Under the pieces are notes generated by a model, which saw only the letters and a program-made list of their open reading frames with translations, ran no database searches and was not told the DNA's origin. A DNA stretch of 64,000 bases, taken from the IMG/VR virus record IMGVR_UViG_3300023112_000009, positions 61,610 through 125,609 of that record, one strand, 5' to 3'. Of the stretch, positions 8,152 through 17,846 are shown piece after piece (position 1 is the first letter of the stretch; each line of letters starts with the position of its first letter). This DNA comes from a virus. Made by a program: the position numbers and the translations under genes.

Positions 8152-8227
8152 TGGGGTACATAATGGGGTTTGAACCCATGCCGTCTCAGTCACAGTGAGA
8201 TATGCTGCCACCTACACCATATGCACC
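8152..8227 (-). tRNA. tRNA-His(GTG)
   Basis: Loop CT-GTG-AC; G-1:C73; CCA. Confidence 0.88.
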
Positions 8228-8230
8228 ATA

Positions 8231-8689
8231 CTATTTCCAGTACTTGTATCGAACTATTCCTTTAATGGCGTTGTGACTTACTTGGTATTTTTTAGCTAGA
8301 GCTTTAAAACCATAACCCTTAACGCCCGGACGATACTCTTGACGTATATTCTCTACGTCTTCTGGAGATAATTTTGTTTTACCTCTGCGGTTACGTCCTT
8401 TAGTAACCATATCTTTATTATTATCGTCTCTCGTACCTAAGAATAAATGATCTGATCGTACGCATTTTCTATTGTCGCACTTGTGACATACACAAAGACC
8501 ATGAAGAATTAATCCAAAGTGGAGCGTCCATGAAACACGATGAACATCAATAACTTTTTTGTTAATTTTTATTGCACCATATCCATTGCCACGACTACCG
8601 CCCTGCCATTCCCAGCATTCGGTTGGATACTTGCCATCTACTCCAAAAACGCCAGAGTTTTTGTTTACTTTATTCCAAAATCTTTGCAT
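8231..8689 (-). CDS. HNH homing endonuclease with C-terminal HTH
   Basis: CWEWQG, GYG, HRVSW, CHKCDNRKCVRSDHL. Confidence 0.92.
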   Translation of the reverse strand: MQRFWNKVNKNSGVFGVDGKYPTECWEWQGGSRGNGYGAIKINKKVIDVHRVSWTLHFGLILHGLCVCHKCDNRKCVRSDHLFLGTRDDNNKDMVTKGRNRRGKTKLSPEDVENIRQEYRPGVKGYGFKALAKKYQVSHNAIKGIVRYKYWK

Positions 8690-8694
8690 ATCAT

Positions 8695-9112
8695 TCGCTG
8701 CCCTATTGCAGCGTTGTATTTACGATAAACAACGAGCCGACCCTCCAAAAGCTTCTTCTTGTATCATCAGCTACTAGTTCAGCTTGCTACGCAAGCACAC
8801 ATTGGAGACTTATTCGTTTACCGTAAGAGGGTGAGTAATGTTATTTTTAAGGTCTGTGGGCCTTCGGCTCTAGCGAGCAGTCCACCATTCCGTTTTACCT
8901 TTTAAGAGTATTCCACAACTCTGCTAGATTAACACTGGATGATTACTCCAGTCGCCTTAAAAACAACGTGTAAGGTGGCGGGGTATCCCCCGCCTAAGGT
9001 GTGGCACTATTGGTAGCTCCAACATGCCGCCAGCGTTTCGAAGCTCTCGTTGCTTATCCATTCTTGTAGTCGAAGCAAATCCTAGGGTTTGTCAACGGAT
9101 ATAACACGAGAT
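8695..9112 (-). ncRNA. Candidate large ornate ncRNA
   Basis: More than 10 visible stems, including long-range GTTGTTTTTAAGG/CCTTAAAAATAAC; no credible ORF. Confidence 0.55.
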
Positions 9113-9131
9113 GTTTTCTAACACCCTGTAC

Positions 9132-9206
9132 TGGTGCGTCGGGCAGGCACTACCTCCTGCTCTACTCCCCCCGCTGGGAAGCGTGCTTTAATTACACCAC
9201 CGATGC
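9132..9206 (-). tRNA. Atypical tRNA-like RNA (loop CAGCGGG, no TTC in the T-loop)
   Basis: Acceptor GCATCGG/CCGACGC, D-like arm, CTTCC/GGGAG stem, GCAGG/CCTGC stem, CCA. Confidence 0.55.
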
Positions 9207-9257
9207 ATGTTCCTTAGCGGCAGACGCTATGCGTCTCTGCCGCTATGATTGGTTCCG

Positions 9258-9344
9258 AGTTTTCAAAGACCCCTCGTGACGAGGAGTTGTCAGGTCTCAG
9301 TTGACTTGACAGGTACATTGTACCCTGGAAGCGAAGATAGTCAA
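9258..9344 (-). promoter_or_regulatory. Sigma70-type promoter of the tRNA operon plus boxA-like antitermination motif
   Basis: TTGACT-N17-TACAAT followed by TCTTTGAAAACT (9258-9269). Confidence 0.6.
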
Positions 9345-9481
9345 GTTCTTTTCTTGAAAAGATTCGCTGACCAGGGTAATTACACTAGTTTAGGTGTGTC
9401 AAGAAACAATTATCTAATAAAATAGGTGACTCTCTCCAGAGCCACCTACCCTCGGGCGTTAGCCCAACACAAGGTTAACTT

Positions 9482-10369
9482 TTACCAGTCGCACTCGCAG
9501 TCGTCTTCCGGATAGCCGCACTCGCCGCAGTCGGAGTCTTCGCACTCGCCATCACAGTAGGATTCACCGCAAGAACTACAGCAGTCTTCTTCTACCTCAG
9601 GGAACGTGGGAGCGTACAGCGGCTCACTCAGTACCTTGTCTAGCTTGACTTCTTCAAGGACTTCGTAGCGGCAGCAGCGAAGCTTCTGGCAGTCATGGTC
9701 GCTCGGGACGCTCACCGCATCCTTGGGGTTGACCTTAACCAAAAGCAGACGTTGGCCAAAGCCAGATGCGTACCCCTGGGAGCCAATATGGAACCCAGAC
9801 GAGCAGTGGTTGTTCGGGTTGTCATCCACCGAAGAACGATCCATTTCGTGTACTTGACCGACACTGTTGTCGAACGAGTTCGTGTGACAATCCTTAAGGT
9901 CATTGTTCACGCCCTTGTACCCCACGAAACACCCGTCTTCCGTCACGGCCAACCCCTCGTTCTCCAGGAACGTGTACAGTTGTGCTCGCGAGTTGAAGGA
10001 CGGATTATCCATCAGGTTTTCAAGGAACTTCACAAGCGGCTGGAAGTCAAGGCCACGCTGGAAGAAATCCGTAATGCGTCTGCCGATAGCATTGTGCAAC
10101 TCTTCCCCATTGTAGGTGACTTCACCGTACTCGTTGACCACTACACTGCCGTTCGTGTAAGCGTTCAGGGCCTTCGGGATGTTGACCAGGGTAGGCAGTA
10201 CATCGTAGTCCTCAGCGTCGAGAGCTTCGATGATTTTGCCATGGTTCGGATGGGTGGAGCCAAGCATGTGGGTCTGACCATCAAGAACCAAAATGATCGA
10301 CAGATCGTTGGCGATGACAAACCTAGGGGCCTTGGCTTTACGACGGAAGGGGTTGGTTAAAATGCTCAT
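9482..10369 (-). CDS. rIIB: rIIB-like protein with acidic Cys-rich tail
   Basis: KFLENLMDNPS, QLYTFLE, TEDGCFVGYK, CSSGFH, KVNPKDAVSVP, KLRCCRYEV; directly downstream of rIIA. Confidence 0.85.
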   Translation of the reverse strand: MSILTNPFRRKAKAPRFVIANDLSIILVLDGQTHMLGSTHPNHGKIIEALDAEDYDVLPTLVNIPKALNAYTNGSVVVNEYGEVTYNGEELHNAIGRRITDFFQRGLDFQPLVKFLENLMDNPSFNSRAQLYTFLENEGLAVTEDGCFVGYKGVNNDLKDCHTNSFDNSVGQVHEMDRSSVDDNPNNHCSSGFHIGSQGYASGFGQRLLLVKVNPKDAVSVPSDHDCQKLRCCRYEVLEEVKLDKVLSEPLYAPTFPEVEEDCCSSCGESYCDGECEDSDCGECGYPEDDCECDW

Positions 10370-10371
10370 GA

Positions 10372-12294
10372 TTATGACTTGAGTTGGATGTATTCGATTA
10401 CGTCTTCGACTTTGGCGTAGTCAAGGTCGATGTTGGCAACCAGAGGGTATTGTTCTTTGAATGTGTTAGTGAAGTTCTCAGCCTTAGGCAGAGTCAGGTT
10501 GAACAAGCTAAGGAGTCCATTCCACCTGTAGTTGGTTTCTTCTGCCTTGGTCAGCTTGACCAGATTCGAACTAGCGTCCGACAGACCATCAACAGCGTTC
10601 AGGAACTCGTCAGAGAACTCTCTCGGAACACCATATTGTACCCTAGCTCTTGTGTACTGGTCGGCAGTTTTCACGAAATCTTCCATTTTCTTTCGAGCCT
10701 CGGTCGCAAGATCGTCCAGGCCAAGCTCGGCACGCAGCTTCTCGTAACGCTTTTGAGGAAGACCGTAGACCGACGTATAGCCAAGGCTTACGGCAATTTC
10801 CTGAATTTCGTTAGCGTTGTACTCTCGCCCCATCCAGATGCACTTGTATCCAATACGCTCGATAGCAATAGCGTTAGTAACATCAACGTCTTTCTTGTCA
10901 ACACTATCCCACATATCGCTAACTCGACTACGGTAGCGACAGTTGAGCTTCTTAACATAGGTCCGAGTGCCACTAGCGGTACCATTACTGCGTACCTTTT
11001 TGGGTGCGTCCGGAAGATCCGAAAGCTTAACGGTAACTTCGCCAAAGGTCTCTGCGAATTTCGCAGCGTCATCAATCTTGACTAGGAAGCACTCAGCGTT
11101 GTTACCGTTAAGGTAATGACGCAGGTTTCTCTTTTCTTTGTAGCTAATCTCGCAGTCATCGTTCTTTTGAATGAAGACGTATGTCCTGTCGGCCTTGGGC
11201 TGGAACCTGTGGGCGTGACGATTGATTTCAAGCGTCTTCTTACGATACGCCAATCCAACCGGATACAAAGTGTATGCACCGTCTTCGTGAGTATCAATAC
11301 TCTTTTCGTCTTGGTCGAAATTCACAAGACCACGGAAGGCATCCATTTTGATAATGCGTTCCATTCTGGTCTTGGCATCCTTAACGGTATCCAGTACCGC
11401 TACACAAGCCTCTGCTTCTGCTGTAGTCAAAGCAGCTTGCAGGTTTCCGATAGTCTTCTCGTCGTAGTGAAGTTCTTCACGACTCGGAGTAGGAGTACAA
11501 TCACCAACGTTCATTTCGAGCATCAGCTTAGCAGAATGCCCAAGCCCAGAACGAACTCCTCCACCAGTCGCATTGTAACAAACGTTACCCATAACGATAC
11601 TGATCTCAGAACGAGTGGGCGAAGAATACCCCCGATACAAGGACCAGCCATCACCAGACAGTGCGGGTTCATAATCCGTAAAGTCTAGACGGGCACCAGT
11701 GACGTTCGGACGAAGCTTGAAAAAGGCATACACCTTTTGGGCTTTCTGGTTGAAGTCCCAGATATCCCTTTCGTTAATGTGCAGCTTGATCTCAACACCG
11801 TTCTTTTCGACCGTGACGGTCTTATTCAACAGTGCAATCGTGGGTGCTCCTGCTTCACCTTTGAAGACAGAGTACTCGTACTTCATCCCCTTGAAATAAG
11901 AAGTAAAGGAAAACATGTCCACCAGAGCGAACGGGGTTTTCGAGCCCAGGCCGAAGCCTCCCGTGCATTCGTTGGAACCATTGCGGTTCGACTCGAAATA
12001 CGTAGAGTAAATACCTTCTACGTCTTCCTGCGAGAGACCAGTGCCGTAATCGCGGATCACGAACTCGGGGTCAATCGAGTTGGGAAGGTGAACGTCGAAC
12101 GGCTCAGGGTTTCCTGCATCAGTATGGGAGTCCGCAGCGTTGGTGCTGAGTTCCCGAATGATAGCAGTCATGGGGTCAGAGTACAGATTCTTCGACAGAA
12201 TCTCGAACGCCTGAGCGTTGGCCGCGATCTTGAATGCGGTCTCTTGAAAGTCGCCTGAGCGAACGATGGTGTTTTCTACTTGCTTGATTTCCAT
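10372..12294 (-). CDS. rIIA: rIIA-like protein (N-terminal GHKL ATPase)
   Basis: LYSDP..IIRELSTNAADSH, IRDYGTGL, GGFGLGSKTPF, MGNVCY, SREELHY. Confidence 0.88.
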   Translation of the reverse strand: MEIKQVENTIVRSGDFQETAFKIAANAQAFEILSKNLYSDPMTAIIRELSTNAADSHTDAGNPEPFDVHLPNSIDPEFVIRDYGTGLSQEDVEGIYSTYFESNRNGSNECTGGFGLGSKTPFALVDMFSFTSYFKGMKYEYSVFKGEAGAPTIALLNKTVTVEKNGVEIKLHINERDIWDFNQKAQKVYAFFKLRPNVTGARLDFTDYEPALSGDGWSLYRGYSSPTRSEISIVMGNVCYNATGGGVRSGLGHSAKLMLEMNVGDCTPTPSREELHYDEKTIGNLQAALTTAEAEACVAVLDTVKDAKTRMERIIKMDAFRGLVNFDQDEKSIDTHEDGAYTLYPVGLAYRKKTLEINRHAHRFQPKADRTYVFIQKNDDCEISYKEKRNLRHYLNGNNAECFLVKIDDAAKFAETFGEVTVKLSDLPDAPKKVRSNGTASGTRTYVKKLNCRYRSRVSDMWDSVDKKDVDVTNAIAIERIGYKCIWMGREYNANEIQEIAVSLGYTSVYGLPQKRYEKLRAELGLDDLATEARKKMEDFVKTADQYTRARVQYGVPREFSDEFLNAVDGLSDASSNLVKLTKAEETNYRWNGLLSLFNLTLPKAENFTNTFKEQYPLVANIDLDYAKVEDVIEYIQLKS

Positions 12295-12530
12295 GTGTCT
12301 TTGAGTGTTTGAAGGTTTCCCTTCGCCTTGTGTGAGTACATTATACCCTGGTTAGCACGTATGTCAAGTGATTTTTAAGATTGTGATGCGAATAAGTTTG
12401 CCCTTGCCAGCCCGAAAGTCTGTAAACCCAATCGGGACAAGCATTCCAGCACCCCGTCACCAATGACAAAGCACCATTCTTTGTTTTCGAGCTTCTTCAC
12501 GAGGATAGTATATCCCGTGAATGCCGTCTG

Positions 12531-13673
12531 TCAAGTATATAATTCTCTTGTTTTGATGTAATCAGATACAGCAGGAGTTAGGTACTCGTGTTCGTGGGGG
12601 TTGTCGTGCTCTCGTATTTCTGTAGAGCTTAAGTGATCCATGTCGCGGACACTTGACACTGACCAGTTAAGCGTGGCAGAGATTTGATTGTCTTGAATGT
12701 CCATACCCTTGCGTGACATAATCACGAAATCAGTATTGGGCAGACGATCACTTAGCCATTCCACAGACGGATACTGGTGTGCAGTAATCGTCATGTTCCA
12801 AGCGTCAGCACCCAGTACAAAGATAATGTCTTTTGCACCAGCAGTAGTAAGCGTCTGGCGTTTGTCTATAAATCTAGGTGCTTGCGTAAGTAGAGTCGGG
12901 CGACCTTCCACATCCAACATACGCACTCTATGAAGCATATCCTCAATAGAGAGCCCGCCCTTATAGTAGTGTTGTTGTGAAATCTCGTACAAGCAACTCT
13001 CCACGCTCAGGTGTTTTTGAGTAGGAGGATTGAATGCCCCAGGATAGATCGTGGGATAATCCCTAACGTAATCCATCACCCGTTGGAACTTGCCTTTGTG
13101 ATAAACCAAAGGATTGAGCGGCTTCAAAAGGATCATGCGTTCAGCATCAGAGACACCAGGAGCATACAACACATCGATATTGTGAGTCTCAAGGGAATCC
13201 TCAATACTATTAATGTGTTCAACCCAAGTGTCGGTGCTCAGCATACACGCATTCATGAGCCACTGTACACGATCACTTACAATGCGGCCAACCCACTCAC
13301 GGTCGGCACAGGCAGCTACCGAGAAGTGCATGTACGCTTGCCATTCTCTTGTGGCAATGTATATCCATCCATGCGACGGTCGATCCTGGTAGTGTGCTCC
13401 GGTAATAGCTAATCCAAACAGACTGGGACTATGTTCTGTTCGTCCCAACACTTTAAACAGGTTCTCATGAGCTAATCTCTTAGCGTTTTCAAGTGATACC
13501 GCACGCATACCTGCGGAGCGACCAGTAGCATCATACGGACAGTCAATGCCTAGAATCGTTTTGGATGCACCGGGTACTCGTAGATACTTAGAGCTAAACT
13601 CTAGACCTAGACCAACCTCCGTGATGATACCTCGCCACGAAGATTGATTAAGTTGATTGCAAAATTGTTCCAT
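12531..13673 (-). CDS. CinA-like domain fused to NadD-like (NMN adenylyltransferase) nucleotidyltransferase
   Basis: VPGASKTIL; YPGAFNPPTQKH (HxGH-like), PRFIDK, FVLGADA, LSSTEIR. Confidence 0.75.
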   Translation of the reverse strand: MEQFCNQLNQSSWRGIITEVGLGLEFSSKYLRVPGASKTILGIDCPYDATGRSAGMRAVSLENAKRLAHENLFKVLGRTEHSPSLFGLAITGAHYQDRPSHGWIYIATREWQAYMHFSVAACADREWVGRIVSDRVQWLMNACMLSTDTWVEHINSIEDSLETHNIDVLYAPGVSDAERMILLKPLNPLVYHKGKFQRVMDYVRDYPTIYPGAFNPPTQKHLSVESCLYEISQQHYYKGGLSIEDMLHRVRMLDVEGRPTLLTQAPRFIDKRQTLTTAGAKDIIFVLGADAWNMTITAHQYPSVEWLSDRLPNTDFVIMSRKGMDIQDNQISATLNWSVSSVRDMDHLSSTEIREHDNPHEHEYLTPAVSDYIKTRELYT

Positions 13674-15204
13674 CGATTTTGATTATGTCTGTTTCTGTGA
13701 CGGGGAGTGCGGCGTTGACCCGAATCTCATCGAGCGTCATGATGTTCATGGGGACACCATTATAGAGAACGTCTTGCAATAGGTTTTCCTTAAGTCTGGT
13801 CTCGTGAACTGTCTCCAGCTTAAGGGTTTTGAATTCGCCCCGTGAGTTACGGAAGACACCCAAGCGTCCACGCTTGGAGTTCTTTGTAGGATCGGTCTTC
13901 GGTTGCTTGAAGATATCGACCCACTCGCCATTGATTTGCATAGCAGAACACTTGATAGCGAAGCACTGCGTGTCTCGCGTGAAGTCTTGGAGGAGTCCCC
14001 CTCCAGAGCCGAACGCAATGTTGTCGGCAGAGATACCGTTAACCTTGAACGCTTCAAGAACATCGGCAACAGTGTGTCCCCAGTGGTCACACCATACGTC
14101 ATTCTCTGCTTGTGTTTTATACTCGTACCACTTAATGCCGTCGCCTTGGATCATGCGAACATAATCTGGCAGAACTCGGAAGCCTTTCTCGTTAACAGTA
14201 GTCCCGAAGACTTCTGCCAGGGCTTCAAAAACATCAATATCAATCTTGGGGAGCGTACCAGAATCGGGACGGAACACGACGGTTCCCTCGCGATTGCGGA
14301 TCATATCCATAATGTCTTCGTTGCCGCCGATGACGTTGTGAATAAAGCCCATGGTATCGAACGAGTCGATGACGATGGCAACCAAGCCTGTCGGATGAGC
14401 AGTGAGCACCTTGCGTACAATGTCGGCCTCGCCCTCGGGTCCACCCGAAGTCATAACAGAGTGCTCTGTTGCGGGGATGGAGAACCCAGGCATATCCCAT
14501 TGTGTCTTGCTGTCTGCCAGTCGCATCGACATGGGAAGTGCTTTGGGGCCATAGTAGTCCCGCAACAGGGGAAGTGCGGCCATGGTATCGGTGCCCATGA
14601 AACTCGTAAGGTGAGCAGCACCAGACAGTGCGGCAGTTTCGAGCGACGAAACACCACGCATGCCAAAATCATGAAGCTTAAACGGCAGGCCAGCAAGGTC
14701 GCCAGTCTCTTCCAGGTAGCGAGCGATGATCTTTTTGACCTTACGACTAGAGCTTGCAACGGTCGTGGGCGACCACATTTGCATAAGCAAAGTCTCCAGG
14801 AAGTTCGTTAGCCACGGCACCTGCGGATCGGTGTTCTCGATAGTGAATAGTGCTGTGCCTGTCGGCACGACCGTCCCCTCGGGGATAGCAGTAATCCTTA
14901 CGGGAAGGCGTCCTTGGCACTTGTCGAGAATGTATTCCCAGCCTTCGCGGTTGAAGACTTCTTCGCTACCGAAGTGTGCCGTACAGATAGCAGCGGCTTC
15001 CTCAATCTTATCTCGCGTAACAACCTGACCAGTCAGGTAACGCGAGATAATGTACTGTAGTCCGAAGAACACGGTCTCATCAAAACGAGCACCGACTCGC
15101 GGTTCGCAATACGAGTAAACGGTTTCAAGACCGTCAGGATAAAAACCGTGATGCGAATACTTGTAGGAATCCGATCCAAATGCTACTATGTTAAAATTAT
15201 TCAT
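13648..15204 (-). CDS. nadV: Nicotinamide phosphoribosyltransferase (NAMPT)
   Basis: DSYKYSH, FFGLQY, PEGT, LHDFGMRG, GTDT, PATEHS, RPDSG, IQGDG, FGSGGGLLQ, KNSKRG. Confidence 0.95.
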   Translation of the reverse strand: MNNFNIVAFGSDSYKYSHHGFYPDGLETVYSYCEPRVGARFDETVFFGLQYIISRYLTGQVVTRDKIEEAAAICTAHFGSEEVFNREGWEYILDKCQGRLPVRITAIPEGTVVPTGTALFTIENTDPQVPWLTNFLETLLMQMWSPTTVASSSRKVKKIIARYLEETGDLAGLPFKLHDFGMRGVSSLETAALSGAAHLTSFMGTDTMAALPLLRDYYGPKALPMSMRLADSKTQWDMPGFSIPATEHSVMTSGGPEGEADIVRKVLTAHPTGLVAIVIDSFDTMGFIHNVIGGNEDIMDMIRNREGTVVFRPDSGTLPKIDIDVFEALAEVFGTTVNEKGFRVLPDYVRMIQGDGIKWYEYKTQAENDVWCDHWGHTVADVLEAFKVNGISADNIAFGSGGGLLQDFTRDTQCFAIKCSAMQINGEWVDIFKQPKTDPTKNSKRGRLGVFRNSRGEFKTLKLETVHETRLKENLLQDVLYNGVPMNIMTLDEIRVNAALPVTETDIIKIDGTILQST

Positions 15205-15742
15205 TGAAGTTAGTTTTGGCGTATTCGCCAAATAATTCACGAGCTTTAGCGTCGTATGCTCGTGCTGCTTTTACGGGATTATCAAAATTACCAAGATAGA
15301 TTGCTTTGCCATTATGTCTTATTTCGGCCTGCCATCTATTTTTACTGTTTTTACTAATGCCTTTATATCCGGAAGATTTTGCCTTAGAGTTAAATTGTTG
15401 TTCTTGAACAGTAGCTAATCGCAGATTACGAATATCATTATCATGAATACATCCATTAACATGATCCACAGTTTTGCCGTCTGGTATTACTGTATTGAGG
15501 GCAGCAACCATAATCGCACGATGCATATAGATTGCTACTGGTTTATCAGAACTAATTGTTCTAAAAACCAATTGCACATATCCATAACGAGTTAATCGTC
15601 CTTTAAGTAACAGTGGACGCGGACGTTTGCCAGATTGACAATATTCACTATAGATGTTGCCGCTATACTTATTAACCGTGTATTTACCAGCATGTAATGC
15701 TTCTAAAAACAACGCATCGTTTTGTATGGGGCTCCGATTCAT
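15197..15742 (-). CDS. HNH endonuclease with AP2 DNA-binding domain
   Basis: MHR..VDHVNG..DNDIRNLR; SGYKGI..WQAEI..YLG.F..AARAYD; AT-richer than neighbours. Confidence 0.92.
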   Translation of the reverse strand: MNRSPIQNDALFLEALHAGKYTVNKYSGNIYSEYCQSGKRPRPLLLKGRLTRYGYVQLVFRTISSDKPVAIYMHRAIMVAALNTVIPDGKTVDHVNGCIHDNDIRNLRLATVQEQQFNSKAKSSGYKGISKNSKNRWQAEIRHNGKAIYLGNFDNPVKAARAYDAKARELFGEYAKTNFNE

Positions 15743-16164
15743 TACTGTTGCGTGTAATCGAGGTAGTCTTGAATGATTTGCTTATGATCAAAGCACAGTA
15801 CTAGAGTACCGTTGTAGTATTGATCAAGTGCGGTTTGCGGATCAATCACAATCGCATTCTTTGCATCGTCAGCACCAACAGGAGTGCCTTCTGCTTGAGC
15901 GTAATGTGTAATACTTACAGCGTGACCTCGCGGATCGCGGTCGGGAGCGTCATAGATGCCAGCTTCTACAACATTGTTAATTTTCAAGCCAGTTTCTTCC
16001 TTGGCTTCACGGATGGCAGCGTCTTGGCAGGTTTCACCTACGTCAACGCAACCTCCCGGTAGTGCCCAGCCATGGGGCTCATTCTTACGCTCGATCAGTA
16101 CGATACCATCTTCAATTTCGATGATGATATCGACTGTGAGCATGGGTGTTTCGGGTTTTGTCAT
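15742..16164 (-). CDS. Nudix hydrolase (ADP-ribose pyrophosphatase-like)
   Basis: GWALPGG..GE..AAIREAKEETG Nudix box; RDPR, DDA and FDH motifs. Confidence 0.92.
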   Translation of the reverse strand: MTKPETPMLTVDIIIEIEDGIVLIERKNEPHGWALPGGCVDVGETCQDAAIREAKEETGLKINNVVEAGIYDAPDRDPRGHAVSITHYAQAEGTPVGADDAKNAIVIDPQTALDQYYNGTLVLCFDHKQIIQDYLDYTQQ

Positions 16165-16166
16165 GA

Positions 16167-16889
16167 TTACCAGTGTGTGATGATTGATTCGCCTGTCCAA
16201 ATCGTGTAGAGTCTGGACTCGATGATTGGGCAACACGCCCATTCCATCTGACCAATCATACCCCGGTCTTCGCTATGATGATGCCCAAAAAAGCAAAAAC
16301 TTGGCTGAAACTTATCTACAATCGCTTGCAGTAGTTGCCGATTGCCCTTGCTCTCTGTATGATTACGTTTATAGCGATCATCAGAATATGGAATACACAT
16401 TGGATGCTCATGGGTGAACAGTGCATCGATTGTACCCTCAACATTGTCCAAAGTGTTTTGAACCTGTTGATAAGTAATATCTTCCTGTCGCCACCAAGAG
16501 GAACCTTCGACACGACGATACTTGTCAATCGAAGCAGCCCCACCGAAGAACATAGCTCTATAGCCATCAACCTCGATCACACTACCTCGCGGCATGTGTG
16601 TCCAATCGGGTTGCCATGCTCCACCATCCATTTCAAGCATGTCAAAGTTCTCATGGTTGCCGTCAATCCAAAGCTTCTCAGCGTTGTCGTAGACTTCCAT
16701 TTCCTCAGGAGAGAGAAAACTCTTACTTGCCTTAAATGGCTTATCTTTACTGTGGGGCCATGTACCGTAACCAAAATCCCCCACCTGGACAATATGCGTA
16801 ATGTCAGAGTGCTGACGGATCGCTCTCGCAATCGTCACGTTCATGTCTTCCCAGAAAGCATGAACATCGCCAAGGATGAGGAACTTCAT
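16167..16889 (-). CDS. Calcineurin-like metallophosphoesterase
   Basis: GDVH, VGDFG, DGNHEN, GGAASID, THEHP, FGHHH. Confidence 0.92.
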   Translation of the reverse strand: MKFLILGDVHAFWEDMNVTIARAIRQHSDITHIVQVGDFGYGTWPHSKDKPFKASKSFLSPEEMEVYDNAEKLWIDGNHENFDMLEMDGGAWQPDWTHMPRGSVIEVDGYRAMFFGGAASIDKYRRVEGSSWWRQEDITYQQVQNTLDNVEGTIDALFTHEHPMCIPYSDDRYKRNHTESKGNRQLLQAIVDKFQPSFCFFGHHHSEDRGMIGQMEWACCPIIESRLYTIWTGESIITHW

Positions 16890-16939
16890 TGTATCAGTAG
16901 TATTAGTGCGGCAATGTGTGCGAATTGGTCTGCTGCAAT

Positions 16940-17233
16940 TCATGACGGTATTAGTGAGGCGACCATAGCAGACCCAATTAGGATGATGATGACGATGCCA
17001 GCGATCCCGCCAAAGATCACGCCGACCTCGGGTTTCTTCTCAACTATGACCGTCACCACTTTAGGCTTATCCATTTCAAGCCACGCCAAAGCTTTCTGTA
17101 AGGCCATGACTTGTCCACGGTGATTGTCAATAGTTGGCGTATGTTGTTTTTTGTTGTCGGTTTCAGAAGCTACTACAGCCTCCGCTCGTGCCAATTCGTT
17201 TTGAAGAAACCGCTCGGCGTTTTCGTGCATCAA
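16940..17233 (-). CDS. Hypothetical protein with C-terminal TM helix
   Basis: Operon-packed ORF. Confidence 0.6.
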   Translation of the reverse strand: MMHENAERFLQNELARAEAVVASETDNKKQHTPTIDNHRGQVMALQKALAWLEMDKPKVVTVIVEKKPEVGVIFGGIAGIVIIILIGSAMVASLIPS

Positions 17234-17655
17234 GGCAATTTGCAGATAATTGTTTCCGGTGCGATATCCTCAAGCATGTGGACAACAACGTCCCAATCGC
17301 CTCCAGCGAGACCGCAGCCCATCATGTGGGGTATGTACAATTGGATGTCGTTTGCCCTGGTGAAGTCACGAGCCTGACGGAAAGCTTGGCACAATCCGTT
17401 GTAATCCGTTTGTACACCGCCACCTACGTTCTGTTGACCAGCCAGATTGGCCACGAATTGAGCGTCACCGATTGTTACCAGTTGACAGTCTCCCACTTGC
17501 CAATCGTCCTTGTCCACGTAGACATTGTAGACGTTTTCCCACTCTCTGCGAATTTGAAGGGCAAGCCCAGCACCCATGACCCCAAGGCAATTGACCTGAT
17601 GACAGATGACGGCAGGGCCAGTCACATCCAGGATGTTTTTCTCAATCAGTTTCAT
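17230..17655 (-). CDS. Macro domain protein (ADP-ribose binding or hydrolase)
   Basis: ICHQVNCLGVMGAGLA, NLAGQ, TDY, PHMMGCGLAGGDW. Confidence 0.92.
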   Translation of the reverse strand: MKLIEKNILDVTGPAVICHQVNCLGVMGAGLALQIRREWENVYNVYVDKDDWQVGDCQLVTIGDAQFVANLAGQQNVGGGVQTDYNGLCQAFRQARDFTRANDIQLYIPHMMGCGLAGGDWDVVVHMLEDIAPETIICKLP

Positions 17656-17846
17656 TTGTCTTCTTTGGGGTAATCGTTGCAGTAGAAGCCATCACCTTTA
17701 AAGATAACGCCAACATTCCTGCTGATCTGTCGTTGTAACTTCATCTTACCACACGATGGGCACTTACGCTTGGGGTTTTCCGACATTCTTTGAATGAATT
17801 CGTGCTCAGCATCACAAGCACTGCATTTGTATTCGTATGTAGGCAT
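17652..17846 (-). CDS. FmdB-family zinc ribbon protein
   Basis: MPTYEYKCSAC..CPSCG..FKGDGFY..DY. Confidence 0.9.
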   Translation of the reverse strand: MPTYEYKCSACDAEHEFIQRMSENPKRKCPSCGKMKLQRQISRNVGVIFKGDGFYCNDYPKEDK

